Shown in pieces: positions 7,228 to 15,803 of a DNA stretch of 35,882 nucleotides (its first letter is position 1; each line of letters begins with the position of its first letter). A program made the position numbers and the translations under genes. Source of the stretch: a virus. Its lineage: Duplodnaviria; Caudoviricetes. Location of the stretch: IMG/VR virus record IMGVR_UViG_3300027956_000025, positions 1 through 35,882 of that record; one strand, 5' to 3'. The notes beneath the pieces are model-generated. The model worked only from the letters and a program-made list of their open reading frames with translations. It made no database searches and was not told the DNA's origin.

Positions 7228-7450
7228 AAGTGCACTCCGCTCGTCGGTGACGCATAATTACGTGATCGCTCACGAATAAATCTCGTTTTTTCAGCACACG
7301 ATGGATAGCGCTGGTTGTGATATCCGATGCCATTGCAGCATCCAATCCAGCTTGATCTTCAGGAGTGAGCTGTTCGCGAACAACCGTGAACTTACACGGC
7401 AGCTTTCTCTTCTCCGCTTCCTGTGCTATTTCCTCGAACATTCCTGCCAT
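7214..7450 (-). CDS. small putative Zn-binding HTH-like protein (78 aa)
   Basis: ATG at 7450 follows GGAGGA; pattern C...helices...RHRRAECTC; overlaps the phosphoesterase start. Confidence 0.7.
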   Translation of the reverse strand: MAGMFEEIAQEAEKRKLPCKFTVVREQLTPEDQAGLDAAMASDITTSAIHRVLKKRDLFVSDHVIMRHRRAECTCADL

Positions 7451-7685
7451 TGAGTCCTCCCCACCATGGTGGTCGTATCCGATGCTGGTGCCAATCAATA
7501 TGACTGTTTAGTCTGTCGTCCACTTTACTTAATTTGGCTTCGACATTGTCAACTTTACCTTCAATTCGTTGCAACACATGCATGTTACTGCTGTGTTGTT
7601 TAGTATTATTGCGATCAAATCTGGCAAGAAACCACATGAGTGGGCCACCGATAATCGCTACAGTAACGGGAACCCACCACTGCAT
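7392..7685 (-). CDS. lysis-cassette membrane protein (one TM helix plus coiled coil)
   Basis: TM segment WVPVTVAIIGGPLMWFL, coiled coil, HIDWH; lies directly after the holin. Confidence 0.7.
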   Translation of the reverse strand: MQWWVPVTVAIIGGPLMWFLARFDRNNTKQHSSNMHVLQRIEGKVDNVEAKLSKVDDRLNSHIDWHQHRIRPPWWGGLNGRNVRGNSTGSGEEKAAV

Positions 7686-7689
7686 CAGG

Positions 7690-7962
7690 TCAGATTTCCT
7701 TGGAGTCTTTTACCAGCGATGCGGGCGAGATACGACCAGCAAAAAGAGCCGAGGCGATCGACGTTGCCAATGACAGCACAAAACCACCAGCACCGAAACC
7801 TGCAACAGTCAGTACGTCTGCATCCATCAAATCAATTCCGGTGGCAGACTGACCAAGCACCAGAACCGCTGCCTGCATTGCAGTTTTCACGGCACGCTCG
7901 AGCGCATCCTTCAAAAACGTAGGGTTGAGCAGAGTCAACTTAAGATTCGTTGTGTAATCCAT
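7690..7962 (-). CDS. holin (r1t-like)
   Basis: ATG at 7962 follows GAAAGG. FLKDALERAVKTAMQ, two hydrophobic segments, LSLATSIAS..SPASLV; follows the endolysin. Confidence 0.8.
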   Translation of the reverse strand: MDYTTNLKLTLLNPTFLKDALERAVKTAMQAAVLVLGQSATGIDLMDADVLTVAGFGAGGFVLSLATSIASALFAGRISPASLVKDSKEI

Positions 7963-7975
7963 AATCAAATGCCTT

Positions 7976-8698
7976 TCATCCAAACATTGCTTTCCAAGTA
8001 ACTGGACCAACTACACCGTCCGCACGCATACTGCGTTCTTTCTGCCATGCCTTTACTCGACGTTCAGTAGCAGGCCCAAAATCTCCGTCAGGTTTAGCCC
8101 CAACAATACCCTGCACAAGCTTGATCGCTTCAACATTGGTTGATCCACGAACTACAGGCAAACCAGGGTAAGCAAAAACAGCAGCAGGTCCAGGCGTGGG
8201 TGCAGGCTCAGGCTGGACTGTTGGGTTAGCAAGATTAGGCAAGAAATAGCCTATGACCAGCTCTTTGCGACCCTTGCTTACCCACCCGGCATAACCATCC
8301 AGTTCAATTGGCTGCATATGCCATGGCTCACCGGCAACATTGCAGTGGACACCCCAGTCACGTGCTCCCTGAGTGCCTTGCTTCGGAACCTCATCCCATC
8401 GAGGAGAACGATGCTTGCCACCAGGATTAACGTGCACAAGATCAACAGCAGCAAACGCTACTCGACCGCCGCTAAATGTCTGCGACTGATGGAAGGACTT
8501 GCCTTCCGGCGCAAACCCTGGCTTAGCAGGTTGCGTTTCACGCCATGAACCACCGATACCAATACGCCCGTTTTGGGATTGTAGCCATGCCCGAAGTCGG
8601 CGTGCGAATTCTGGGTGCATACGGTTAATGTGGTGACGCGCGAATAGCGTGTCAATATCTACCATTGTTGTTCCGTATCCAGTTGGGTAGAAGTTCAT
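7976..8698 (-). CDS. endolysin: M15-like Zn peptidase plus C-terminal peptidoglycan-binding domain
   Basis: GSWR, APEGKSFH, AVDL and EPWH Zn-ligand motifs; Pro-rich linker; DGDFGPATE..VKAWQ...ADGVVGPVTW. Confidence 0.85.
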   Translation of the reverse strand: MNFYPTGYGTTMVDIDTLFARHHINRMHPEFARRLRAWLQSQNGRIGIGGSWRETQPAKPGFAPEGKSFHQSQTFSGGRVAFAAVDLVHVNPGGKHRSPRWDEVPKQGTQGARDWGVHCNVAGEPWHMQPIELDGYAGWVSKGRKELVIGYFLPNLANPTVQPEPAPTPGPAAVFAYPGLPVVRGSTNVEAIKLVQGIVGAKPDGDFGPATERRVKAWQKERSMRADGVVGPVTWKAMFG

Positions 8699-8703
8699 GG
8701 GTG

Positions 8704-9882
8704 TTAGGTCTTAATGATGAAGTTAAGTGTGATATAGGGTGGTAGGTTTTGGTTCGTGCCTGAAACACCGTCAGGGTTGATAACGTGATCGTGCACCGCA
8801 CCAGGGAAAGTATTTGTACCATCTCCAATAGTGCCTGTACTTCCACCAGCACCATAACCAGTTACATGGTTGCCATTTGTCGTGAGTCCAGGAGTGTCGT
8901 GAATGGTGATATTCGCTGTCGAAATACCTTGTTGGGTAACTCCACCGTGGCTGTGAGTTACAACAACAGAGTTGGCCGAACCACCAGCCTCAGCGATGAC
9001 GTTAGACCACGACGCCGAACCTTTACCAACAGGGAACTTGCTTTGCAAATCAGGCAAGTTGAATGTAGACGTTCCATTGCCAGAACCGTACGTTGTGCTA
9101 ATAGCCGAAAACAAAGCAGCATTTTCTGTCCTCGAAACAGCTTGGCCTCGACAATAAAGCCAACCAGAAGGAGCGGTTACTCCGTCACCACCAAACATCG
9201 TTATCGACCCGGATGGCATAGACGAAGCAGTAACTAATGTTTGCCATTCAATACCGGAACTTGCCGAAGTGTTACGAGCTAACACCTGGCCTGTTGTCCC
9301 AGCCGAAGCGGTATCCAATCGAGCAGCGTCAACTGCACTATCAGCAATTTTTACTTTGGTAACAGCATCATCCGCAAGTTTGGCTTCAATAATTGCGTTA
9401 TCAGCGATACTTGCCGAACCTACAGTTGAGTATTTCAAACCTAAACTTTGGGCAGAGTCAGCAACAAGAACGGTATTGTTTGCACCGACAGCAAGTTTTG
9501 TTGTTGTGATGTTGTTATGAGCAATAAGATCGCCGCGTGCGGATTGCAAATTAACGTAACGGTTAGCTTGCTCAAGTGAATATGCGTCAAGACAATGTTC
9601 AACAGTTGCACCAACAGCATGAGACGATGCTGATGTGCCATCGTATGCATCTTGCTGGATATTAAACGTTGTTCCGTTAGTTCCGGTTGTTGTGTCAATC
9701 AGAAACTTTTCTTCCGTTGCCAAACCTCGATCTACGACAACGACAAATGGACCAGACGATCCATCAGGAAATGTGGAGCCGTTAGCAACAACAAGTGTTG
9801 TCCCGCTAACAGTGAATGGCGATGTAAGGGTGGTTGTTTCTGCACCACCGTCATAACTTTTGAGTATGTATTCGTCTGCCAT
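8704..9882 (-). CDS. tail fibre protein with tail-collar domain
   Basis: PSGSITMFGG..APSGWLYCRGQAVSR...LFSAISTTYGSGNGTSTFNLPDL, KLADDAVT repeats, C-terminal NLPPYITLNFIIK. Confidence 0.85.
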   Translation of the reverse strand: MADEYILKSYDGGAETTTLTSPFTVSGTTLVVANGSTFPDGSSGPFVVVVDRGLATEEKFLIDTTTGTNGTTFNIQQDAYDGTSASSHAVGATVEHCLDAYSLEQANRYVNLQSARGDLIAHNNITTTKLAVGANNTVLVADSAQSLGLKYSTVGSASIADNAIIEAKLADDAVTKVKIADSAVDAARLDTASAGTTGQVLARNTSASSGIEWQTLVTASSMPSGSITMFGGDGVTAPSGWLYCRGQAVSRTENAALFSAISTTYGSGNGTSTFNLPDLQSKFPVGKGSASWSNVIAEAGGSANSVVVTHSHGGVTQQGISTANITIHDTPGLTTNGNHVTGYGAGGSTGTIGDGTNTFPGAVHDHVINPDGVSGTNQNLPPYITLNFIIKT

Positions 9883-9890
9883 GGTGTCTC

Positions 9891-11693
9891 CTAAATCGTG
9901 ACAAGTCTAACAATTAATGTGCCTTCAAGTCCCACATAGTTATCAGCCCATTCTCGAGGCTGAAATTCGTAAGCTTCAATTCTGACACGGTAAATACTTG
10001 AGCCTTCAACAAAAGAAATAGGTGTTTTCAAACGCCAAAGATTTTCGATGAACTGCAATTCTTCAGCCACATCAGCTGAATACATTTGACCTTGAGCATC
10101 ATTCACAATTATTTTGCTGTACAGCAAAAGTGGTACAACAAACTGTTCGACAGGCGGAACTACTGGAAATGAACGCAAACGCCAACGTTTAAACGTAGGT
10201 GTCGAAGTGCCGTCACCCAAAAGTTCAACTGTTACGTTGAAATAATCTGTTCTCTGTCCGTCTAGCTGCAGCTCAACCTCAGTAATATTTGGTTCTGCAA
10301 TGCCCGCTGATTCAAGAACAGAGTTGTCGCTGTCAGCTAATACAACTCGGATTGATTCGCCTGTATCAAGATCCCGGAAGTTACCTTTAAGATCATTAAC
10401 GATCTTTGTTTCTACTGTTCCAAAAAACACATTGCCGGACGTAATACTGCCGCTAGTAACGTATCCAGTAAGGTTTTCAGCGTAGATTCCCAGGTTCGGG
10501 ATACCAAGTATAAGTCTATTATTAAACCGTGCAATGGCCGTACATGCGTTAGAGGACTCAACATAAAGGTCGGTAGCAAAGGCTGGCTGCAATGGCCGGG
10601 GGGTAACGGAAAGATCAAGCCGGCCAGCTCCAGTCTTTCCTGTAGCAATTTCTGGCCAGTTGAACCAGACGTATCTGCCTTCAGCGAACGCTTGTGTAAC
10701 TGATCCTGGTGCTTCAATGAGCGGACCGTAGCTGAGTGTGCCGTCCTGGGATACCGTGCCTAGCCGGATGCCTTTACTGGTGCAAAAGATAACGTTTCCT
10801 ACATGGGAAATGACTTCATGTAACTGTTCACCAATGGACAGTGACACGACCTCAGCACCAAGAACAAGTTCACCGCTCGAGTTGATTGTGAAACCGTATA
10901 CCTCTGACCTGGAGCCTGCTGTTCCTCCTGCATACACTTTGCTTCCTACTGCAAAAGCAGTAGTCCATATGAAAGACGGTTGGAAGTGGGTACTAATATC
11001 GGTTTCGTTGCCGTTTGAGGCGACCGAGCGAAGCGTATTGTCGCGACCTGTTAGCAAATAGTTGCCGACAAACCAAACACCATTATGAGCATGGTTTACG
11101 AGTGAGCTTGCTGCCGTTGAAGCTGAGGTGACCTTCCACAACTGCGTTGAGGTAGAGACGTAAACGTCTTTACCATCGGTAGCCAAACCGTTAATGGTTC
11201 CGGTCGCACCAGTAATGGCAGTCCATGTCGAAAGATCGGTAGTTCGGAAAAGGGAGTCGCCATCGGCGGCGTAAAGATGGGTGTCTGTCGCAACAAGATA
11301 AATGATGCTCCCATTTACAGTTGTTGTAACTTGCGAAGTTGAATGGTGGAGCGTTAGCTGCGATTCAGTCCACGGATCAATGCCAACACTCGTGTTGTAT
11401 CTTCGGGGGTCGCGATCCTGCCCCAGATCCATAACAGTCTGGCCCGCACCATACGACCAATCATGTCGGTAACGCCACCAAGCACCATCCGTATTAAAGA
11501 GTGCATCGTCAACTTGACCTGTTGAAATAACGCTTTCACGCAGTGATGCAAGCGACGAGCGACGATAGTCACGGAAGTCAACAGCGAAGGTGCGACCGTC
11601 CAAAGAAACAGTAAACGGAATAGCTGTCGTCGCACTTTTTGTGCCACGATAAAACACATAGGGGTTCGCGCCAAGGGAAGGTGCAAAGCTCAC
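9891..11693 (-). CDS. putative tail nozzle / tubular protein B
   Basis: 600-aa beta-rich, propeller-like sequence (W.YGAGQ, GIDPWT..QLTL) lying between adaptor and fibre; GTGA overlap. Confidence 0.6.
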   Translation of the reverse strand: MSFAPSLGANPYVFYRGTKSATTAIPFTVSLDGRTFAVDFRDYRRSSLASLRESVISTGQVDDALFNTDGAWWRYRHDWSYGAGQTVMDLGQDRDPRRYNTSVGIDPWTESQLTLHHSTSQVTTTVNGSIIYLVATDTHLYAADGDSLFRTTDLSTWTAITGATGTINGLATDGKDVYVSTSTQLWKVTSASTAASSLVNHAHNGVWFVGNYLLTGRDNTLRSVASNGNETDISTHFQPSFIWTTAFAVGSKVYAGGTAGSRSEVYGFTINSSGELVLGAEVVSLSIGEQLHEVISHVGNVIFCTSKGIRLGTVSQDGTLSYGPLIEAPGSVTQAFAEGRYVWFNWPEIATGKTGAGRLDLSVTPRPLQPAFATDLYVESSNACTAIARFNNRLILGIPNLGIYAENLTGYVTSGSITSGNVFFGTVETKIVNDLKGNFRDLDTGESIRVVLADSDNSVLESAGIAEPNITEVELQLDGQRTDYFNVTVELLGDGTSTPTFKRWRLRSFPVVPPVEQFVVPLLLYSKIIVNDAQGQMYSADVAEELQFIENLWRLKTPISFVEGSSIYRVRIEAYEFQPREWADNYVGLEGTLIVRLVTI

Positions 11694-12592
11694 GTAAACC
11701 TCAACGGATACTGCCAGCGAAGCCGATCAACTTCCTCTGACTTACGACGCACATACAAGGGATACAGCCGATTAGCTTCATCAGAAGCTGTACGAGGCGG
11801 AACTTCCTCAGCCCGTCGAGGCATATCCTGTGCGACTCGAGCAGACCTGCCCGCTTCAGAGTCACCCAGCAGACGCCACTTAATACCCATATCCAGCACA
11901 TCCAACATGGATGGCTTCAAACCAACATCATCAACAAGATCGGCGTGCCATTGGATCGATTCCACGTCCAACGGTGCAGCAGCAACAAAATAAAGTGAAC
12001 CAAGATATACGGGAGGAAACATCCTAAAAAGTACACCCGATCGCGGCCCATCAGTCCAACTACCAGGAACACCACGCTGCAACCGTCCCTCTACTCGCGC
12101 CCACGAAGTTGTATTGTCGTCGCTCCAGTTACGTCGAACGTCAACCAAACCGAAAATGTTTCTCCATGTAACAGGCAAATACACTGTTTGCTGACCATCG
12201 GACACCGACTCTTGTCTTGCAACAGTCCTATACAAATCAGGACCCCACGATGTCACCTCATCAACCAAAGCCTCATAGATATCAAGGCCAGAAAACCGTG
12301 GGTTGATATGGATTTCATCGCCTAAGCTGTGCGCCATAGCGTAGGAGTCGTTCCAGCCGCGCAAAACAGTGGCCTCTCGAGCTACACGATCGACAGACAT
12401 GACGCGCATCTCTTCGTTAGCAATGGAAAGAACAGCACCAGTGACTACTGATGCTGGCAGTTCATATTGAAATGAAACAGTAGGTGAAGTGTGCGTCAAT
12501 GCAGATAAAAGTACGTTGACTTCATACCGAAATGACGATGCCAACTGACGCTTAACTCGTTGTACTGCGGAACTAACTCTGGTGCGTGCCAT
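11690..12592 (-). CDS. putative head-tail adaptor / tubular protein A
   Basis: First gene after the capsid; AAGGAG RBS; helical termini flank a beta insert. Confidence 0.6.
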   Translation of the reverse strand: MARTRVSSAVQRVKRQLASSFRYEVNVLLSALTHTSPTVSFQYELPASVVTGAVLSIANEEMRVMSVDRVAREATVLRGWNDSYAMAHSLGDEIHINPRFSGLDIYEALVDEVTSWGPDLYRTVARQESVSDGQQTVYLPVTWRNIFGLVDVRRNWSDDNTTSWARVEGRLQRGVPGSWTDGPRSGVLFRMFPPVYLGSLYFVAAAPLDVESIQWHADLVDDVGLKPSMLDVLDMGIKWRLLGDSEAGRSARVAQDMPRRAEEVPPRTASDEANRLYPLYVRRKSEEVDRLRWQYPLRFT

Positions 12593-12608
12593 GACTCTCC
12601 TTTATTGA

Positions 12609-12652
12609 GCAGCGGACGGGGGCGTTGGAGGAGGGACACCCCCGCCCGCTAC
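12609..12652 (-). terminator. 17-bp GC-rich hairpin after the major capsid gene (terminator or attenuator, no U-tract)
   Basis: Arms 12636-12652 and 12609-12625 pair fully as minus-strand RNA with three G-U pairs; loop CCCUCCUCCA. Confidence 0.7.
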
Positions 12653-12664
12653 ATCAAAGTGACG

Positions 12665-13834
12665 TCAGACGCCCGCAGCGGGCAGAGCTGCCGCCAGGTC
12701 AAGTCCGGTGAACTTGGCCATGTGATCCTGGCCCTTCACCTGGAAGCCGCACTCGCCAACCATCATGAACGAGTCCGTGTCGTTCGTCTTTGCCAAACGC
12801 TGGGCGACCAGCGGCTGGAAGACTCGCTGCACGAAGTTGTCACGGTTGTAGCAGAACGCGTCAGTCTTGCGGACGTAACGGTTGCGCACCAAGGTGACTT
12901 CTCCGAACTCGGTCATAACGACCGAGGTGCGGCGACGGCCACGGCGTGCGTCATCGACCGTGACGGTCTGAACACGCTCGTTGCCCATGATGTTGTTCAA
13001 CGCCTGGAAAGCTGCCGGGCGTGCAGTGATGAACTCGAACATGCCACCGTTGTCGTATGCGTCCTGCTGGAGGGCTTCAATTGCCGTAACCGTAATCCAG
13101 TCAGAAGTCGTATCAACATTGCTGGTAATGAACGAGTTGAGTCCACCCGTCGAACGGACTCGAGTAGCCGAGTCTTCGTACTTGATGCCGTAAAGCGCAG
13201 CCTGTTCGATACCGACGTTGCAGTGGAGCATTGCGTTGCGCATCTGCTTGTTCAGTTCGTTCGGGACACCATACTTGGGGATGGACTGCTCGGTACGGGA
13301 CACCGTGAGCTTCTTGCTGAAGATCTGGGTGTAGTTGCTGTACTTGTCACGTCCCTGGAAGTTGGAGTTTCCGATGTCGCCTTCTGGCAAGACCGTTCCC
13401 AAGCCAATAACTTCAGAGTTAGCAGCGTGAGTTGCTCCTGCAGGGGCTGAACCAAGAGCACTACGGGTAACCGTTAGTACTTCTGTGCTGGTGTTGACAT
13501 CCGTGACCAACATGATTTCGTCGTCAATACGGATTGCATCACCGACAGCAAACTTGACTGCCTCGCCCGTACCAACAGTGACGCTTGTACCGCTACCGTC
13601 AGTGAGGGTTGCAGCCAGGGTTGCTCGAGGAAGAGGAACATCCTCTTCCATCCAATAGAACACCGTGTTATCCACAGGTGCTTTACCGATTACACCAAGC
13701 CCATCGGAACCGATGCCGGACAGCAACGGCAAATCCTCGGGGGTAAGAATGTAGATCAGCTCATCAATGTTGATCTTTGTTTCGACCTGAAGGTCGTATG
13801 AATAAAAGTTGGGACCCTTAAGTTCCTGTGCCAT
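12665..13834 (-). CDS. major capsid protein (DUF5309-like, HK97 fold) with inserted domain
   Basis: FYWMEE...EGD, NYTQIFSK...VSRT, IEQAALYG, R.TGGL, TEFGEV, GE.GFQVK; follows the scaffold; strong C-ending codon bias. Confidence 0.85.
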   Translation of the reverse strand: MAQELKGPNFYSYDLQVETKINIDELIYILTPEDLPLLSGIGSDGLGVIGKAPVDNTVFYWMEEDVPLPRATLAATLTDGSGTSVTVGTGEAVKFAVGDAIRIDDEIMLVTDVNTSTEVLTVTRSALGSAPAGATHAANSEVIGLGTVLPEGDIGNSNFQGRDKYSNYTQIFSKKLTVSRTEQSIPKYGVPNELNKQMRNAMLHCNVGIEQAALYGIKYEDSATRVRSTGGLNSFITSNVDTTSDWITVTAIEALQQDAYDNGGMFEFITARPAAFQALNNIMGNERVQTVTVDDARRGRRRTSVVMTEFGEVTLVRNRYVRKTDAFCYNRDNFVQRVFQPLVAQRLAKTNDTDSFMMVGECGFQVKGQDHMAKFTGLDLAAALPAAGV

Positions 13835-13840
13835 TTTGTA

Positions 13841-14131
13841 TTACTCCGTTGTTCTCAGCTGGCGTGATGCCCGCAAGTGGTCGTTGATTTTGTGGCGCTG
13901 TTCTACCCCTTGCTTCATCCGGACTGGACTCATGTCTGCGTTCAACACCGGCATCTTTGTGCCACCGGGTCGCTCGTCATACACGATTCCTTTATTCCAT
14001 GATGGAGCTTGGACAGTGTCCTTGCGCCTATTGTGCCGAGTCGGAGTAGCTACTGGAGAAACCTGGATGCCCTTATTACGGAGCCGACAACCATAATGTT
14101 CTTCACATTCTGGAATGTCACAGATTGCCAT
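13841..14131 (-). CDS. small basic protein with N-terminal C-x4-C-x2-H-x2-C motif
   Basis: Fills the scaffold-capsid gap exactly; begins MAICDIPECEEHYGCRLR. Confidence 0.7.
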   Translation of the reverse strand: MAICDIPECEEHYGCRLRNKGIQVSPVATPTRHNRRKDTVQAPSWNKGIVYDERPGGTKMPVLNADMSPVRMKQGVEQRHKINDHLRASRQLRTTE

Positions 14132-14133
14132 AA

Positions 14134-14682
14134 CTACCTATCGAAACGGTGTCCGATGGTGGCCGCTTCACGCGCCCAGTCATTCGGATCAAAGATTGCA
14201 CGCCTGTCACCTGACGCTGCAGCAACCAGCACTCGATCAATCGCAGCCAATCCTGCATCATCGAGGGAACGTCCCACCTTGCGAGCCTCATGGAAAAGGT
14301 CGTATGCCTCATCGTACGGATCCCGTTCGGGAAGGTCCGTTGCTGCACCTGCCTGCCCACGAAGAGCATTGCGGAAATCCTGTTGTTCACGCTCATCCTG
14401 CGGGATTTCAGTACGGGATTCCGTAGCCACTGGGGTTCCGATGCCAAGTTCGACAGCTTCACCTTTCAATGCGTCCACGTCGTCGCCTTCCCACGTCTTA
14501 AACAACAGAGCCCCGATCTTGCTGGAAGTGTCGATACCCGCCTTTGCAAACATAAGCTCACGCTTCATCTGGGAAAGCTCTTCCTGAGCTTTCTTTCCAG
14601 CTTCAGCTGCCTTTCGCAACGATCTGATATCAGGCTGATCCGGCTGATCTTCGTCCTGGTTGATTTCAATGTCCTGTGCCAT
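14134..14682 (-). CDS. capsid scaffolding protein
   Basis: Acidic N-terminus, IRSLRKAAE coiled coil, RELMFAKAGID; lies upstream of the capsid; AAAGGA RBS. Confidence 0.7.
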   Translation of the reverse strand: MAQDIEINQDEDQPDQPDIRSLRKAAEAGKKAQEELSQMKRELMFAKAGIDTSSKIGALLFKTWEGDDVDALKGEAVELGIGTPVATESRTEIPQDEREQQDFRNALRGQAGAATDLPERDPYDEAYDLFHEARKVGRSLDDAGLAAIDRVLVAAASGDRRAIFDPNDWAREAATIGHRFDR

Positions 14683-14821
14683 GTGTGTTCCTTTGCAATT
14701 AGTGTCAACAGCCGACTCGACCTACATCCATCACGCGGCGATTTGATGGAGATGATTGCGGCGGCCACGGAGTAGCACTCACCGTACGGCCCCAAGGAGC
14801 TCACGTACGATAGTTAGTATA
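14683..14821 (-). promoter_or_regulatory. putative promoter (-10 TATACT at 14821-14816) and structured 5' leader of the scaffold-capsid operon
   Basis: Lies in the largest internal intergenic gap; a TANNNT box sits just before stacked hairpins at 14783-14809, 14763-14791 and 14727-14750. Confidence 0.45.
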
Positions 14822-14855
14822 CATATGTGGAAGGACAGTTGTTGTATGCAACTAT

Positions 14856-15119
14856 CTACTTCTTGCCACGATTCCTTGCCCGGTTTGCGGAAGGGTTTTC
14901 AGACACAATTTTGCCGGCTTTAGTGTGCGACATATCTTTGCCACCTTTACCCATTACACCACGCTTGCGACGGGCGTCGGCGAGCTCGCGACGCTTATCC
15001 TTCTGCTCAGGACGCGCATTAAACGCCGTATCCGTCTTAGCCTTCTGCTTCTTAGCATCAGGATTAGCACGATAAAACGCCGCAGTCCGACGAGGACTGG
15101 CCACCTTGCGCGGAGCCAC
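14856..15119 (-). CDS. basic protein with degenerate HNH-like motif (87 aa)
   Basis: GKDMSH...ENPSANRARN; TAGTG overlap with the upstream ORF. Confidence 0.65.
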   Translation of the reverse strand: MAPRKVASPRRTAAFYRANPDAKKQKAKTDTAFNARPEQKDKRRELADARRKRGVMGKGGKDMSHTKAGKIVSENPSANRARNRGKK

Positions 15120-15274
15120 TACTTTTTCCTCGCAGCACGCATGTTATCCACAAGATTAGGATAAGGACGGCCAGCTTTCTTAGCCATAGCCTTAGCAGAA
15201 GCCTTTTGCTTAGGATTAAGCGGCTTGCTTTTCTTCGCAGGATTCTTAGTATCCCAAACTTTTTTAGTCGCCAT
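15119..15274 (-). CDS. small basic protein (51 aa), not in the ORF track
   Basis: Hand translation: MATKKVWDTKNPAKKSKPLNPKQKASAKAMAKKAGRPYPNLVDNMRAARKK; 1-nt stop/start overlaps at both ends. Confidence 0.8.
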   Translation of the reverse strand: MATKKVWDTKNPAKKSKPLNPKQKASAKAMAKKAGRPYPNLVDNMRAARKK

Positions 15275-15561
15275 TACCACTTTACCTTGTCAGCCCAATA
15301 CGCAGCAGACAACTTCCCCTTCTGAATATTAGAAGAGTGACGAGCCTTAAAAGCCTCACGACGCTTCCGATAAGCAGCCGACTCGCCAGCTTTCTTTGGT
15401 GAACCAGACACACCCTGCTGCCCAAAACGGATGGTCTTCACCTGATCGCCTGACTTGGCCACAACAACATGAGACTTCGTCGGATGACTCGGCGTGCGCT
15501 TCGGTTTATTAAAACCAGAAACGCCCGCACGAGCCAACCGAGGATCCTTCTTTGAAGCCAT
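15274..15561 (-). CDS. conserved basic phage protein (95 aa)
   Basis: KTIRFGQQG...FKARH...SAAYWADKVKW motif; TAATG overlaps. Confidence 0.8.
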   Translation of the reverse strand: MASKKDPRLARAGVSGFNKPKRTPSHPTKSHVVVAKSGDQVKTIRFGQQGVSGSPKKAGESAAYRKRREAFKARHSSNIQKGKLSAAYWADKVKW

Positions 15562-15803
15562 TACTTCCCTTTAGTAAAAATCTTTTTGCTTCGAACTGCA
15601 GAAGAAACGGCATTAGGTTTTACATCATTAAACATTGTCGGCTTACCCGAACCCGTACGACCAGAACCCATACCAGTCGAAACACCCGAACGTCGTCTAG
15701 CTAAATTAGCTTCAGCTGTTTGAGCCTTAGTCAACTTTTTCCCAGCCGACGGTGAAGGGTTTTTTTTCTTCATTTTTTCAGTTTTTTGATTTTTCTTTTG
15801 CAT
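15561..15803 (-). CDS. Lys-rich basic protein (80 aa)
   Basis: ATG at 15803 forms a TGATG overlap; low-complexity K/R/G/S composition. Confidence 0.65.
   Translation of the reverse strand: MQKKNQKTEKMKKKNPSPSAGKKLTKAQTAEANLARRRSGVSTGMGSGRTGSGKPTMFNDVKPNAVSSAVRSKKIFTKGK

Noticed and set aside
7392-7450. 59-nt overlap between the membrane protein tail and the next gene
   Set aside because: The tail after HIDWH looks like unconstrained run-on sequence; there is no evidence of function.
12560-13450. 296-aa + strand ORF antisense to the major capsid gene
   Set aside because: Shadow frame expected from the strong codon bias of the capsid gene; no RBS or recognisable motif.
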